In this document: one piece after another, positions 45,820 to 54,937 of the stretch
Numbering within the stretch: the first letter of the stretch is position 1
Layout: each line of letters starts with the position of its first letter
NCBI GenBank assembly: GCA_902768335.1
Contig: CACXKR010000002.1
Coordinates: 19,465-83,464, forward strand
Source of the DNA: an uncultured Erysipelotrichaceae bacterium
GTDB taxonomy: Bacteria > Bacillota_I > Bacilli_A > RFN20 > CAG-826
Direction: 5' to 3'
Length of the DNA: 64,000 bases
The notes under the pieces: model-generated
Databases searched by the model: none
What the model was told of the DNA's origin: nothing
What the model saw: only the letters and a program-made list of their open reading frames with translations
Translations under genes and position numbers: made by a program

Positions 45820-48099
45820 TTATTGTGGATTAATTGTGAAGCTTGTGAGATAGATTCTCTTTGTAGCTTCAAACGTAATTGAAGTCACCTCATCATTTAT
45901 TGTAAGTGATTTGGTATCGGTCTTTGTAAGGGTTACGCTGTTAGTGTCATCACCATTAACATAGACCTTTAAAGATCCTGCATCGCTACCATAAGCTGTA
46001 GTAACAAAGGAAATAGATTCGACATAAGTCGATTCTTTAAAGTTTAAAGTAAGTTTTCCAGCATCCTTTGAACTACTAAATTTTAAGCCTGACTTGCCTT
46101 TATAAACCTTAGCGACATCAGATGCAGATGAAAAGACATCGGCTCCTTGAGCAATACCCTCTAAAGCATTGGCTTCAGTATAACTTGCTGAAGAATCAGA
46201 ATCAGCAGTCGCAAATACGACTTCAACTGTTTCAAGTGGCTCTGGTTCAGATGGTTCAAGGATTTGAACTTGAGTGTAATATCCGCCTTGTGAAACGACA
46301 ACGGTTACACCGTTCTTAGACCAACTTGTTGATGTAGCACCTTCTTCGGTAACATTTTCCCAAGTTGAATCGAATTTAGCGTTATAAGTTGCGGCACCTG
46401 TAGCTTCTTTATCATAAGAGGTAATGAAGAAACCAGAATCTTCAGCGGCCCAACCTTCGACTGTGGCTAAATCAATCAAACCAGCTTCAATATATGCTCC
46501 ATAATAATCAAGATATTCAGCTAGAACATCTTCATATGGAAGAACAGCAACTTTGAATTTCTTAGAAAGAGGATCATCCAAAACTGGAAGAGTAACATCT
46601 TCGATTTCAAATCCAGCTAAATATTCGCTGATTTGTTCTTCTGGCCATGTTTCAACAAATGTTGATTCTGGTTCGGTAAGAGCAAATTGAAGTAAGAAAC
46701 CATCGATGACTTCTACTGGATCATCTTCTTCGGTCGCTCCTTCTTCTTCGTGAGTTAAAACACTATATTGAAGAGTGAATGTTTCTTCCCAATTGGTAAC
46801 TGTACCACCAGTAACATCGCCTTCTGTTGACTTTGATGGTGTATGAATAAATCCGAGAGCACCAGCAGCTTCAGAATAAGCAGTTGCTAAATTTTCAGTA
46901 GTCTCAGTTTCGATGAAGACATTTCCATATCTTGAATAATAAGTATAAGATTCAGCTTCAAAGTGTGGGACTTCAAATCCGGCTGCTTCTTCGAAGTCAG
47001 TTAATTCTTGGAAGGAAGGCCACATTGCAGATGTTTCTTTATTTGGAATAAAGCTAACATCGACACAGTTACCATAATCATCATAATAATAGATGTTGAG
47101 TTCGATTGTTCCTTCGGAAGTGGTCTTTCCATAGACTGGATCACCATATTCATCATCTCTAAGATGGGTATAACCAGCTCCTTCAACAACAGCGCAATAT
47201 TCTTCGGTCAAATCTTGGTTAAATGAATCGTAGAATTCTAGATAGAGTAAACCATAACTTGCGATTTCATAATTTTCACCGAATTGATAGAATGGTAATT
47301 CTTCGGTTCCGCCGAGAACATAATGCATGATTTCTTTATATTCTTCGGACCAATCAGTATCGGTTGTTCTTTCTTGTTTTGGAGCAAAGGAAGCATAAAC
47401 AATTGCTTTGTAATAACTGTTCTCATAGATATTAACTGTAACAGTACCTTCGCTTTGAGTTGTCTTAGCAAATAACGGATCGCCATAACTATCGAGACCC
47501 AAATATTCCCAATCGGTAGCTGCTTGATAAATAGCAGTTACAGTGCTTGTTGTAGAATCGTTGCATAAACCATATAGTTCAGTGCTTGATTCATTGTCAT
47601 CCCATTCCCATGTGCCTTTGGCAAATGGAAGAACGACTCCATCGAGGTGGGATGACATAGTAGCTACAACAGTAGAATCCCACGCAAGTGCTTTAACAGT
47701 AATTGTGTAAGATGTGGTTTGCGTAACTCCACCTTCGCTATAACTTACAGTGACGGTTTGACTACCGGTATTAGATAAGTTATAACCAGTGAATGTTGCA
47801 GAATTTGTAACATCTTTAACGCTTCCATCCGAATAAGAAGCACTGACGGTAGGTTTAACAAAAGTATCGCCAACGTAATATGTGGTTTGCATACCACTAG
47901 CAGTAATAGATTGCAAAACAACAACAATAGGTTGTCCGCTAGAACCGCTACTTCCTTCGCTTCCGGAGGTTGCAGTAGTTATACTACCAGAGCTTGATTT
48001 TTTCTTTTTACCGCCGCTTTTTGAACCACCAATCGTACAGCTACTTAAAGCAAGCGTTGTGGCGGCTAATAAGATTGCGGCAATTTTTGTTTTCTTCAT
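45820..48099 (-). CDS. Large acidic surface lipoprotein: S/G linker, Ig-like domain, repeated modules, beta-rich C-terminus
   Basis: Lipobox LSSC and a Ser/Gly/Lys-rich tether. Residues ~58-136 look like a bacterial Ig-like (Big_3-type) domain (YYVGDTF...YSDGSVKDVT...VTVSY). Internal repeats are visible by eye. No family assigned. Confidence 0.55.
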   Translation of the reverse strand: MKKTKIAAILLAATTLALSSCTIGGSKSGGKKKKSSSGSITTATSGSEGSSGSSGQPIVVVLQSITASGMQTTYYVGDTFVKPTVSASYSDGSVKDVTNSATFTGYNLSNTGSQTVTVSYSEGGVTQTTSYTITVKALAWDSTVVATMSSHLDGVVLPFAKGTWEWDDNESSTELYGLCNDSTTSTVTAIYQAATDWEYLGLDSYGDPLFAKTTQSEGTVTVNIYENSYYKAIVYASFAPKQERTTDTDWSEEYKEIMHYVLGGTEELPFYQFGENYEIASYGLLYLEFYDSFNQDLTEEYCAVVEGAGYTHLRDDEYGDPVYGKTTSEGTIELNIYYYDDYGNCVDVSFIPNKETSAMWPSFQELTDFEEAAGFEVPHFEAESYTYYSRYGNVFIETETTENLATAYSEAAGALGFIHTPSKSTEGDVTGGTVTNWEETFTLQYSVLTHEEEGATEEDDPVEVIDGFLLQFALTEPESTFVETWPEEQISEYLAGFEIEDVTLPVLDDPLSKKFKVAVLPYEDVLAEYLDYYGAYIEAGLIDLATVEGWAAEDSGFFITSYDKEATGAATYNAKFDSTWENVTEEGATSTSWSKNGVTVVVSQGGYYTQVQILEPSEPEPLETVEVVFATADSDSSASYTEANALEGIAQGADVFSSASDVAKVYKGKSGLKFSSSKDAGKLTLNFKESTYVESISFVTTAYGSDAGSLKVYVNGDDTNSVTLTKTDTKSLTINDEVTSITFEATKRIYLTSFTINPQ

Positions 48100-48125
48100 A
48101 AATTAGCCCAACTTTCTTTTTTAAT

Positions 48126-48154
48126 ATTTTAGCGAGACCTTCTATAAGAAGCAA
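48126..48154 (-). promoter_or_regulatory. Promoter of the lipoprotein gene
   Basis: Reverse strand TTGCTT (48154..48149), 17-nt spacer, TAAAAT (48131..48126). Confidence 0.45.
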
Positions 48155-48207
48155 GTTATAAAGGTATGTTTAAAAAGATTTTCGATATTGAAAAAGTAAA
48201 ACCTACT

Positions 48208-48930
48208 TTATTTAAATTTGAACATCGCTATCGCACCTGCAATAGCAACATTTAATGATTCGATATTTTTAATATCGATTCTAATTCTTTTATCGGCGAG
48301 TTTCAAAATTGATTCACTTACACCATGTGCTTCATTTCCAAGAACCAAAACTAGTTTTTCTGGTTTAGATACTTCCTCTAGAGATATTGAACCTTTGATT
48401 TCGGTAGCTAATATTTGATAGCCATTCGCTTTTAGCTTCGATAAATCTAAATCAGTGACAATATTAAGTTTAAAGATTGCACCTTGTGATGCTTGTAATG
48501 TTTTTTCGTTATAAATTGAACAGCAATTTTTAGATAAAATTACATCATCATAGCCAAAGGCTAAGGCTGTTCTAAGTATCGTTCCTAAATTACCGGGATC
48601 TGAAACATCGTCAAGATATAAAACTTTATCTGATTTAATAGGTTTTTCGTTTAAAAGATGACAGACACAAACGACGCCTTGTGGAGTCTTTGTGGACGAT
48701 AGCTTTTCTAACACTTCTTCACTAACCAAATACTGAGGGATTTTTGATTCTAAATCTTTAATTTGTTTTAAAGTAAAAACTGAATGAACAAGATTAGCTT
48801 CCTTAGCCATTTCGAGCATATGAAATCCTTCGACCTTAAAAAGTTTTTGTTGTTTTCTTATCTTAGCGTCGCTTAATTTAGCAACTTCTTTAACGAGCTC
48901 GTTTTGGCGAGATTTTATTTCTTTTATCAT
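48208..48930 (-). CDS. TrmH/SpoU-family RNA 2'-O-methyltransferase (240 aa from ATG 48930)
   Basis: SpoU motifs (DVSDPGNLGTILRTA, LVLGNEAHGVS, IESLNVAIAGAI). ATG 48930 overlaps the upstream TGA (ATGA). Confidence 0.8.
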   Translation of the reverse strand: MIKEIKSRQNELVKEVAKLSDAKIRKQQKLFKVEGFHMLEMAKEANLVHSVFTLKQIKDLESKIPQYLVSEEVLEKLSSTKTPQGVVCVCHLLNEKPIKSDKVLYLDDVSDPGNLGTILRTALAFGYDDVILSKNCCSIYNEKTLQASQGAIFKLNIVTDLDLSKLKANGYQILATEIKGSISLEEVSKPEKLVLVLGNEAHGVSESILKLADKRIRIDIKNIESLNVAIAGAIAMFKFK

Positions 48931-49544
48931 TTGTGAATCCCTCTTTTCAGTTTTCTCTGTAATTCCTTGTAATTTGGGCAAAAGTTGTAAACAACATTGT
49001 AGAATGCTTTTTGGTGATTGCGTTCAAAATCATGAGCGAGTTCATGCACCACCACCGTATCAATTATATCTAATGAATAATGAATTAAAGATGCTTGGAA
49101 TGAAAGCGAATGAGTTCTTTTTGAATTAGAACCGTATTGCCTACATGTGTCTTTTACGCGGATTTTATAGGGTTTTTCTATTCCCATAATTCCCTCATAT
49201 TTGCGTACTTCTTCGGTAAGAGTTTTTAAGGCGATATTTTTTAAAAATAACCGCAAATCTTCTTCATTTTTAATATTTAATGAGGAAATCGATATTTCTT
49301 CTCCTAGTAAAAATATGCGATCTTTTTCGAATGAATAATGAACGCTTTTCGAATTTTGTTTTATGAGCTTATCAAAGTATTTATCAATACCAGACATGAT
49401 TAGTTTCTTTGGAGTGCGATAAGGAGCTGAAACAAGAAAGGCATCGTCTCTATAACGAAAATAAACATTCCTTTGATGTTTGTAGGTAATTATTACTTTG
49501 TAATGCTCGCCGTTTTTTTCAAAGGTCAATTCTTCAACTTTCAT
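48927..49544 (-). CDS. YgjP-like (DUF45, M48-type) metal-dependent hydrolase
   Basis: C-terminal HELAH motif (VVHELAHDFERNH) and a length typical of DUF45. Confidence 0.7.
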   Translation of the reverse strand: MKVEELTFEKNGEHYKVIITYKHQRNVYFRYRDDAFLVSAPYRTPKKLIMSGIDKYFDKLIKQNSKSVHYSFEKDRIFLLGEEISISSLNIKNEEDLRLFLKNIALKTLTEEVRKYEGIMGIEKPYKIRVKDTCRQYGSNSKRTHSLSFQASLIHYSLDIIDTVVVHELAHDFERNHQKAFYNVVYNFCPNYKELQRKLKRGIHK

Positions 49545-49551
49545 GTCATAA

Positions 49552-49557
49552 ATTTTA
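49552..49557 (-). promoter_or_regulatory. -10 element placed for a leaderless ygjP-trmH transcript
   Basis: Reverse strand TAAAAT, 7 nt, ATG 49544. No SD. Confidence 0.35.
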
Positions 49558-49586
49558 CTATAATTTATTGAGAATTATTAGTAATT

Positions 49587-49595
49587 TGATAGAAT
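49587..49595 (+). promoter_or_regulatory. Extended -10 placed for a leaderless DUF523 transcript
   Basis: TGaTAGAAT, 6 nt (gatttc), ATG 49602. No SD. Confidence 0.4.
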
Positions 49596-49601
49596 GATTT
49601 C

Positions 49602-50033
49602 ATGCAGAAGATTTTGATTAGCGCCTGTCTTGTCGGTGAAAAGACAAATTACGAAGGAAAAAGCAAATATTGCCCCGATATTGAAAAATTACTCGAGAAA
49701 TATGAACTCGTTCCATTTTGTCCTGAAGTCGAAGGCGGTCTAAAAATTCCACGTGACCCAAGTGAAATTAAAGGTTCGCAAGTTATTTCAAGTAAAGGCA
49801 AAAACGTCACCAGAGAATTCGAAAGTGGCGCGAATAAAGCATTAATGCTTTGCAAATATCTTGGAATCACCAAAGCAGTTTTAAAAGAAAACTCTCCATC
49901 TTGCGGAACACATATGATTTATAATGGTCACTTCATGAATCGTCTAATCGCCGGAATGGGTGTCACCGCTAGAATATTAAAAGAACACGGAATAGAAGTT
50001 TATTCCGAAAAAGAAATAGATAAATTATTATAA
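49602..50033 (+). CDS. DUF523 family protein (TudS-like 2-thiouracil desulfurase family)
   Basis: ISACLVGEKTNYEG...CPEVEGGLKIPRDPSE...SPSCG cysteine pattern typical of DUF523. Confidence 0.7.
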   Translation: MQKILISACLVGEKTNYEGKSKYCPDIEKLLEKYELVPFCPEVEGGLKIPRDPSEIKGSQVISSKGKNVTREFESGANKALMLCKYLGITKAVLKENSPSCGTHMIYNGHFMNRLIAGMGVTARILKEHGIEVYSEKEIDKLL

Positions 50034-50036
50034 AGA

Positions 50037-50061
50037 AAATGCGCTAAGCGCATTTCTTTTT
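50037..50061. terminator. Bidirectional terminator
   Basis: AAATGCGC-taa-GCGCATTT followed by CTTTTTT on the plus strand. It abuts the stop of the minus-strand dUTPase-like gene. Confidence 0.6.
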
Positions 50062-50549
50062 TAATAGTTGGTCTCTTGACGAGTATGATTAACTTTTAAT
50101 TTTGCTTTGTAAGAACTAATGATTTCTTCTTCACTCATTCCAATTGAAGCAGATAAATTTAGATATTTTTGGAAAGCATCTTCATAATGAGTTAAATCAT
50201 AATGATCAACGAGCAATGTAGCAGCTTTATAAACTTCTAAGATTTGACGAGTTAACGATAAATCGCTTTTCTTTATCTCATATTCAAATTTATTAGCTTT
50301 TAAAGGAATTCCTAAAGAAAGCAGGAAATGAATACCATCCGCAAATTCATCCATCACCACTTCTTTTGGAGAAGGTCCTTTATTTGACCAATATTTAAAA
50401 CACCTAGTTTCATTGGCAAGTTCGCCGATTTCAACGATGAGCGCTAAAAGGCGTTTTTCAAAAGTTGTTTCGTATGAAACACCATGGTTTTTAGCAATCT
50501 CAGCATCTAAAGATGCTTGTAAAGAATAAAGTTCTTTTAAACTAATCAT
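50061..50549 (-). CDS. All-alpha dimeric dUTPase-like NTP pyrophosphohydrolase (dUTPase_2 family)
   Basis: LLALIVEIGELANETRCFKYWS and DEFADGIHFLLSLG resemble the dUTPase_2/MazG-like family, from memory. The start shares one base with the glgP stop. Confidence 0.55.
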   Translation of the reverse strand: MISLKELYSLQASLDAEIAKNHGVSYETTFEKRLLALIVEIGELANETRCFKYWSNKGPSPKEVVMDEFADGIHFLLSLGIPLKANKFEYEIKKSDLSLTRQILEVYKAATLLVDHYDLTHYEDAFQKYLNLSASIGMSEEEIISSYKAKLKVNHTRQETNY

Positions 50550-52954
50550 TATTTAATCTTGTCTAAATGCCAAATGTCTTTGACATAATCGTTAATAGTT
50601 CTATCGCTGGAGAAGAAACCACTGCTAGCGATATTAATTAAGCACATCTCAGCCCACTTATCTCTATCAAGATAGAGTTTTTCAATCTTACGTTGAGCTT
50701 CGATATAGGCAGGTAAATCCTTGAGAATAAAATAACAGTCGTTGTTATTCATGATTTCATCAAAGATTAAATTGAATTTATCTGGTTTTGTGACCCATGG
50801 TCCATTTCGAAGTGAATCCATGATCTCATGAGCGATTGGATTATTGTAATATTCATCCCAAGCTGAATAACCACCGTGAGCGTAATAATTTAATACTTGT
50901 TCACTAGTTAAACCAAAGATGACACAGTTATCATCACCAACGAAATCTCTAATTTCAACGTTAGCACCGTCAAGTGTTCCTAATGTGATTGCGCCGTTCA
51001 TCATGAATTTCATGTTGGATGTACCACTAGCTTCTTTAGAAGCTGTTGAGATTTGTTCGCTAACATCGGCAGCTGGAATAATCTTTTCAGCAAGAGAAAC
51101 ACCATAGTTTTCCATAAAGATAACTTTGATGAATTTATTAACTTGTGGATCGTTATTAACAACATCTGCGACGGAAATAATTAATTGAATAATCTTCTTT
51201 GCATAAACATAACTTGGAGCGGCTTTTGCACCAAAAATGAAGGTTCTTGGATACATTTTGAAATTAGGATCGCTCTTGATGCGGTTATACAAATAAATGA
51301 CATGGAAGATGTTCATTAATTGACGTTTATAAGCGTGAAGTCTCTTGACTTGAACATCAAAAATTGAATCGACATCAACGTCGATGTTCATCTTTTCTTT
51401 AATATATTTTGCTAACGCAACTTTGTTATCGTGTTTGATAGCAAGGAATTTATCTTTCACTTTTTTGTCAGTGGCATATGGTTTGAATTTAATTAATTCA
51501 TTTTCCATATTTGTTTTCCAACCTTCACCGATTTTTGAATCGATTAAATCGGATAATTTAGGATTAGAATACATTAACCATCTTCTTTGAGTGACACCAT
51601 TGGTTTTGTTATTGAATTTCTCCGGGAATAAAGAATAAAATTCTTTAAATGTCTCATTTTTCAAAATATCGGTATGAAGTTTAGCAACGCCGTTTACCGA
51701 GAATGATGCATAGATAGCGAGGTTGGTCATGTGAATGAGATTGTCTTTAATGATTTGAGTGGCAAATCTTGTGGCATCATCAACACCTCTTTGGGAAAGA
51801 TATTGATTGTAACGGCGATTGATTTCTTCAATAATCATGTAACAGCGCGGGCAAACTCTTTGGACAAAGTCCACTGGCCATTTTTCTAAAGCTTCCGCCA
51901 TGATGGTGTGATTAGTGTAAGCAATACATTTATTCACAACATTCCAGGACTCATCCCAACCATAACCATAAACATCCATCATAAGTCTCATTAATTCAGG
52001 AATTGCTAAGATTGGATGAGTGTCATTGAGTTGGAAGACATAAAACTTATCTAGATTTAAAAGAGTTTTGTAACGTTTGTAGTGACCTCTTAAAATTGAT
52101 TGAAGACCACTGCTAACAAGGAAATATTGTTGTCTTAATCGTAAAATGCGGCCTTTTTCAGTGGAATCATCAGGATATAAGCCGTGTGATAATTCTTTTA
52201 AAGTTGAAAGATATTCTTCAAAAGGAACACCTTTAGGAAGGTTTTCTTCACTTGGTTCTGCACTCCAAAGTCGTAAGGTGTTACAAACACCATTTCTATA
52301 ACCGACAATCGAAACATCATAAGGAACGGCTTTAACGTGAACTGCATTAACAGTCTTTAGACCGAAACTTCCATCTTCTTTAATATAAGACTCACTTGAA
52401 CCGCCGAATTCGATTTCGACGGAGTGTTTAGATTTTCTTGTTTCAAAAACAAAACCATTGGTTAACCATTGATCTGGAACTTCGAATTGACGTCCTTTTT
52501 GGATAAGTTGGCGGAAGAATCCGTATTCGTAGCGAATTGTGTTACCTTGAACTGGATAACCAAGAGTTGAGATTGAATCTAAGAAGCAAGCTGCTAATCG
52601 ACCTAAACCACCATTACCTAAACCGGCATCGCTTTCTTGGTCTTCAAGCATATTGATATCGATTCCAAGCTCTTTTAAGCCATCTCTTGCGACATCATAA
52701 ATGCCTAAATTTTGCATATTATTGGTAAGCAATCTACCAATAAGGAATTCCATGGAGAAATAGACTAGCATCTTTTTTTCTTTTTTAACTACGTTATCTT
52801 TGGTTTCTCGCCAGAATTTTCCAGCGTAGTCTCTAACCATTTCTCCCAAGATATCGTAAAGTTCGGTTGGATGAGCATCTTCAACTGAATTACCATATCT
52901 TTCAGATAAACGAGTTGTGTATTCTTTTATAAATTCTTTCTTTGAGGAAAACAT
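50549..52954 (-). CDS. glgP: Glycogen/maltodextrin phosphorylase
   Basis: GNGGLGRLAACFLDS and the PLP-lysine region EASGTSNMKFMMNG. Confidence 0.9.
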   Translation of the reverse strand: MFSSKKEFIKEYTTRLSERYGNSVEDAHPTELYDILGEMVRDYAGKFWRETKDNVVKKEKKMLVYFSMEFLIGRLLTNNMQNLGIYDVARDGLKELGIDINMLEDQESDAGLGNGGLGRLAACFLDSISTLGYPVQGNTIRYEYGFFRQLIQKGRQFEVPDQWLTNGFVFETRKSKHSVEIEFGGSSESYIKEDGSFGLKTVNAVHVKAVPYDVSIVGYRNGVCNTLRLWSAEPSEENLPKGVPFEEYLSTLKELSHGLYPDDSTEKGRILRLRQQYFLVSSGLQSILRGHYKRYKTLLNLDKFYVFQLNDTHPILAIPELMRLMMDVYGYGWDESWNVVNKCIAYTNHTIMAEALEKWPVDFVQRVCPRCYMIIEEINRRYNQYLSQRGVDDATRFATQIIKDNLIHMTNLAIYASFSVNGVAKLHTDILKNETFKEFYSLFPEKFNNKTNGVTQRRWLMYSNPKLSDLIDSKIGEGWKTNMENELIKFKPYATDKKVKDKFLAIKHDNKVALAKYIKEKMNIDVDVDSIFDVQVKRLHAYKRQLMNIFHVIYLYNRIKSDPNFKMYPRTFIFGAKAAPSYVYAKKIIQLIISVADVVNNDPQVNKFIKVIFMENYGVSLAEKIIPAADVSEQISTASKEASGTSNMKFMMNGAITLGTLDGANVEIRDFVGDDNCVIFGLTSEQVLNYYAHGGYSAWDEYYNNPIAHEIMDSLRNGPWVTKPDKFNLIFDEIMNNNDCYFILKDLPAYIEAQRKIEKLYLDRDKWAEMCLINIASSGFFSSDRTINDYVKDIWHLDKIK

Positions 52955-52956
52955 AA

Positions 52957-54801
52957 CTATTTTTTACCCTTTCCTTTGTATTTAAATATCATCGCTCCAA
53001 ACGAAGCGAGTTTAATTCTAATTTTGTATGGACGATTTTCTGGTCCAAAGTCTTCGGTTTTAAGTGGTAAACCATTATACTGGTTTGCCCCACCATAGAT
53101 GTCTTTATCAGAATTGAAGATTTCTTCATATTCACCTTCCATATTGACACCGATTTCGTAATCATTATAAAAGTTTGGAGTCATGTTAAAGATGAAGACT
53201 AAACGGTTTTTATCATCAAATCTTTCAAAAGCGAAAACTGAATCGTTCGAGTTATTAACCATTAGCCAACTAAAGTTGGATGGATTATATTCATTTGTGT
53301 GAAGACACTTTTCATATTGATAGATGAGATTTAAATCACGAACTAATCTTGAAATCGAATCATGGGCTGGATATGTCTTCAAATTCCATGGAAGTGATTT
53401 ATTTTCGTTCCATTCATCAAATGAGGCAAGTTCATTACCCATAAAAGACAAAGTCTTGCCAGGATGACCCATTTGATAAGTGTATAGATTTCTTAGTAAC
53501 GCGAATTTCTCATAATAAGAACCCCACATCTTATTTATAAGGGTGCCTTTACCATGAACGACTTCGTCGTGAGAGAATGGTAATAAAAAGTTCTCATTAT
53601 AAAAATAAGCCATTGAAAAAGTTAATTTATTGTGTTCGTATTTTTTATAAATTGGGTCGAGCGAATAATACTTAAGAGTGTCATTCATCCAGCCTAAATC
53701 CCATTTATAGTCAAAGCCGACACCACCATAACCAGTTGGCTTAGTAACGCCATAAAAATCACTGCTATCTTCGGCAATAGTCATTAAAGAAGAGTGTCTA
53801 TCATGAAGTAAGCCATTCATTCTTTTTAAGAATTCAACCGCTCCATTATTAACACCTTTTTGCTTATTACCATCGTAGAATAGCATATTGCTAACAGCGT
53901 CTATTCTTAATCCATCAATGTGAAACATTGTAGCATAATAGTTCATCGCTGAAAGTAAGAAGGAACGAACCGGATCTTTTCCTAAATCAAAGTAGCAACT
54001 TCCCCATGGAGAATAGCGGCGTTTAATATCTTTACTTTCGAACAAATAATCACCATCGAAATTAACTAAAGCAAATTCATCGACTGCAAAATGAACTGGA
54101 GCGAAATCGAAAATGACTCCAATACCAGCTTGATGCATTCTATCGACGAATGACATTAATTGCTTTGGATTACCATAACGAGAATCTACAGAGTAAAAGC
54201 CGGTTGCTTGATAGCCCCAACTACCATCGAATGGATGCTGGACAATTGGCATTAATTCAACATGGGTATAACCTAAACCTTTGACATAAGGAATTAAATA
54301 ATCTGCGATTTCTTCGTAGGATAGATTTCGACCTTCAACTTGTCCTTTCCAAGAACCTAAATGAAGTTCGTAAATGGACATTGGTTTATCAAAATTTCTC
54401 GTACGAGATTTCATGAAGGCACTATCGTGCCAAGCAAAACCAGTGTAATCAAAAAGTCTAGAACATGTAGCGGGACGGAATTCACTATAGAAAGCAAAAG
54501 GATCGGCTTTATCAACATACTTGCCTTTCGCATTTTTAAAGTGGAATTTGTAAGATTGATAATTCACTAGATTAGGAATAAAAATTTCCCAAGTTCCAGA
54601 ATCATCAATTTTTGTCATCTTGTCTTTCGTGACGTCCCAGTTGTTCCAGTCACCAATGACAGAAACATCGCTTGCGCATGGAGCGTACAAACGAAAAACG
54701 AAACCGCTGACTTTTCCTCTTTTTTCGAGGTGTGCACCAAAAAAGGTGTAGGCGTCAATACATTGACCCATTAAATAATCGTAAAGTAATCCGTATGCCA
54801 T
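52957..54801 (-). CDS. glgB: 1,4-alpha-glucan branching enzyme
   Basis: GH13 motifs (DFAPVHF, GLRIDAV, IAEDSS, FSHDEVVHGK) with an N-terminal CBM48-like region. Confidence 0.9.
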   Translation of the reverse strand: MAYGLLYDYLMGQCIDAYTFFGAHLEKRGKVSGFVFRLYAPCASDVSVIGDWNNWDVTKDKMTKIDDSGTWEIFIPNLVNYQSYKFHFKNAKGKYVDKADPFAFYSEFRPATCSRLFDYTGFAWHDSAFMKSRTRNFDKPMSIYELHLGSWKGQVEGRNLSYEEIADYLIPYVKGLGYTHVELMPIVQHPFDGSWGYQATGFYSVDSRYGNPKQLMSFVDRMHQAGIGVIFDFAPVHFAVDEFALVNFDGDYLFESKDIKRRYSPWGSCYFDLGKDPVRSFLLSAMNYYATMFHIDGLRIDAVSNMLFYDGNKQKGVNNGAVEFLKRMNGLLHDRHSSLMTIAEDSSDFYGVTKPTGYGGVGFDYKWDLGWMNDTLKYYSLDPIYKKYEHNKLTFSMAYFYNENFLLPFSHDEVVHGKGTLINKMWGSYYEKFALLRNLYTYQMGHPGKTLSFMGNELASFDEWNENKSLPWNLKTYPAHDSISRLVRDLNLIYQYEKCLHTNEYNPSNFSWLMVNNSNDSVFAFERFDDKNRLVFIFNMTPNFYNDYEIGVNMEGEYEEIFNSDKDIYGGANQYNGLPLKTEDFGPENRPYKIRIKLASFGAMIFKYKGKGKK

Positions 54802-54937
54802 AAGTGCTTTGATTTTAACATAATTTTAATGCGTAAGCGCACTTATATGTATGAAAACGGTTACACACTAAGTTATTCAATTATATTGAAAAAGATATGT
54901 AGTTTTACTATAATTTTGAGCGAAAAGAGGTTTTTAT

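Noticed and set aside
54802-54937. The strand switch (minus-strand genes to the left, plus-strand genes to the right) as a possible replication origin.
   Set aside because: No DnaA-box-like TTATCCACA/TGTGGATAA sequences and no dnaA/dnaN nearby. The spacer is only 136 bp and is explained by two divergent promoters. Plus-strand islands also occur elsewhere in the left part.
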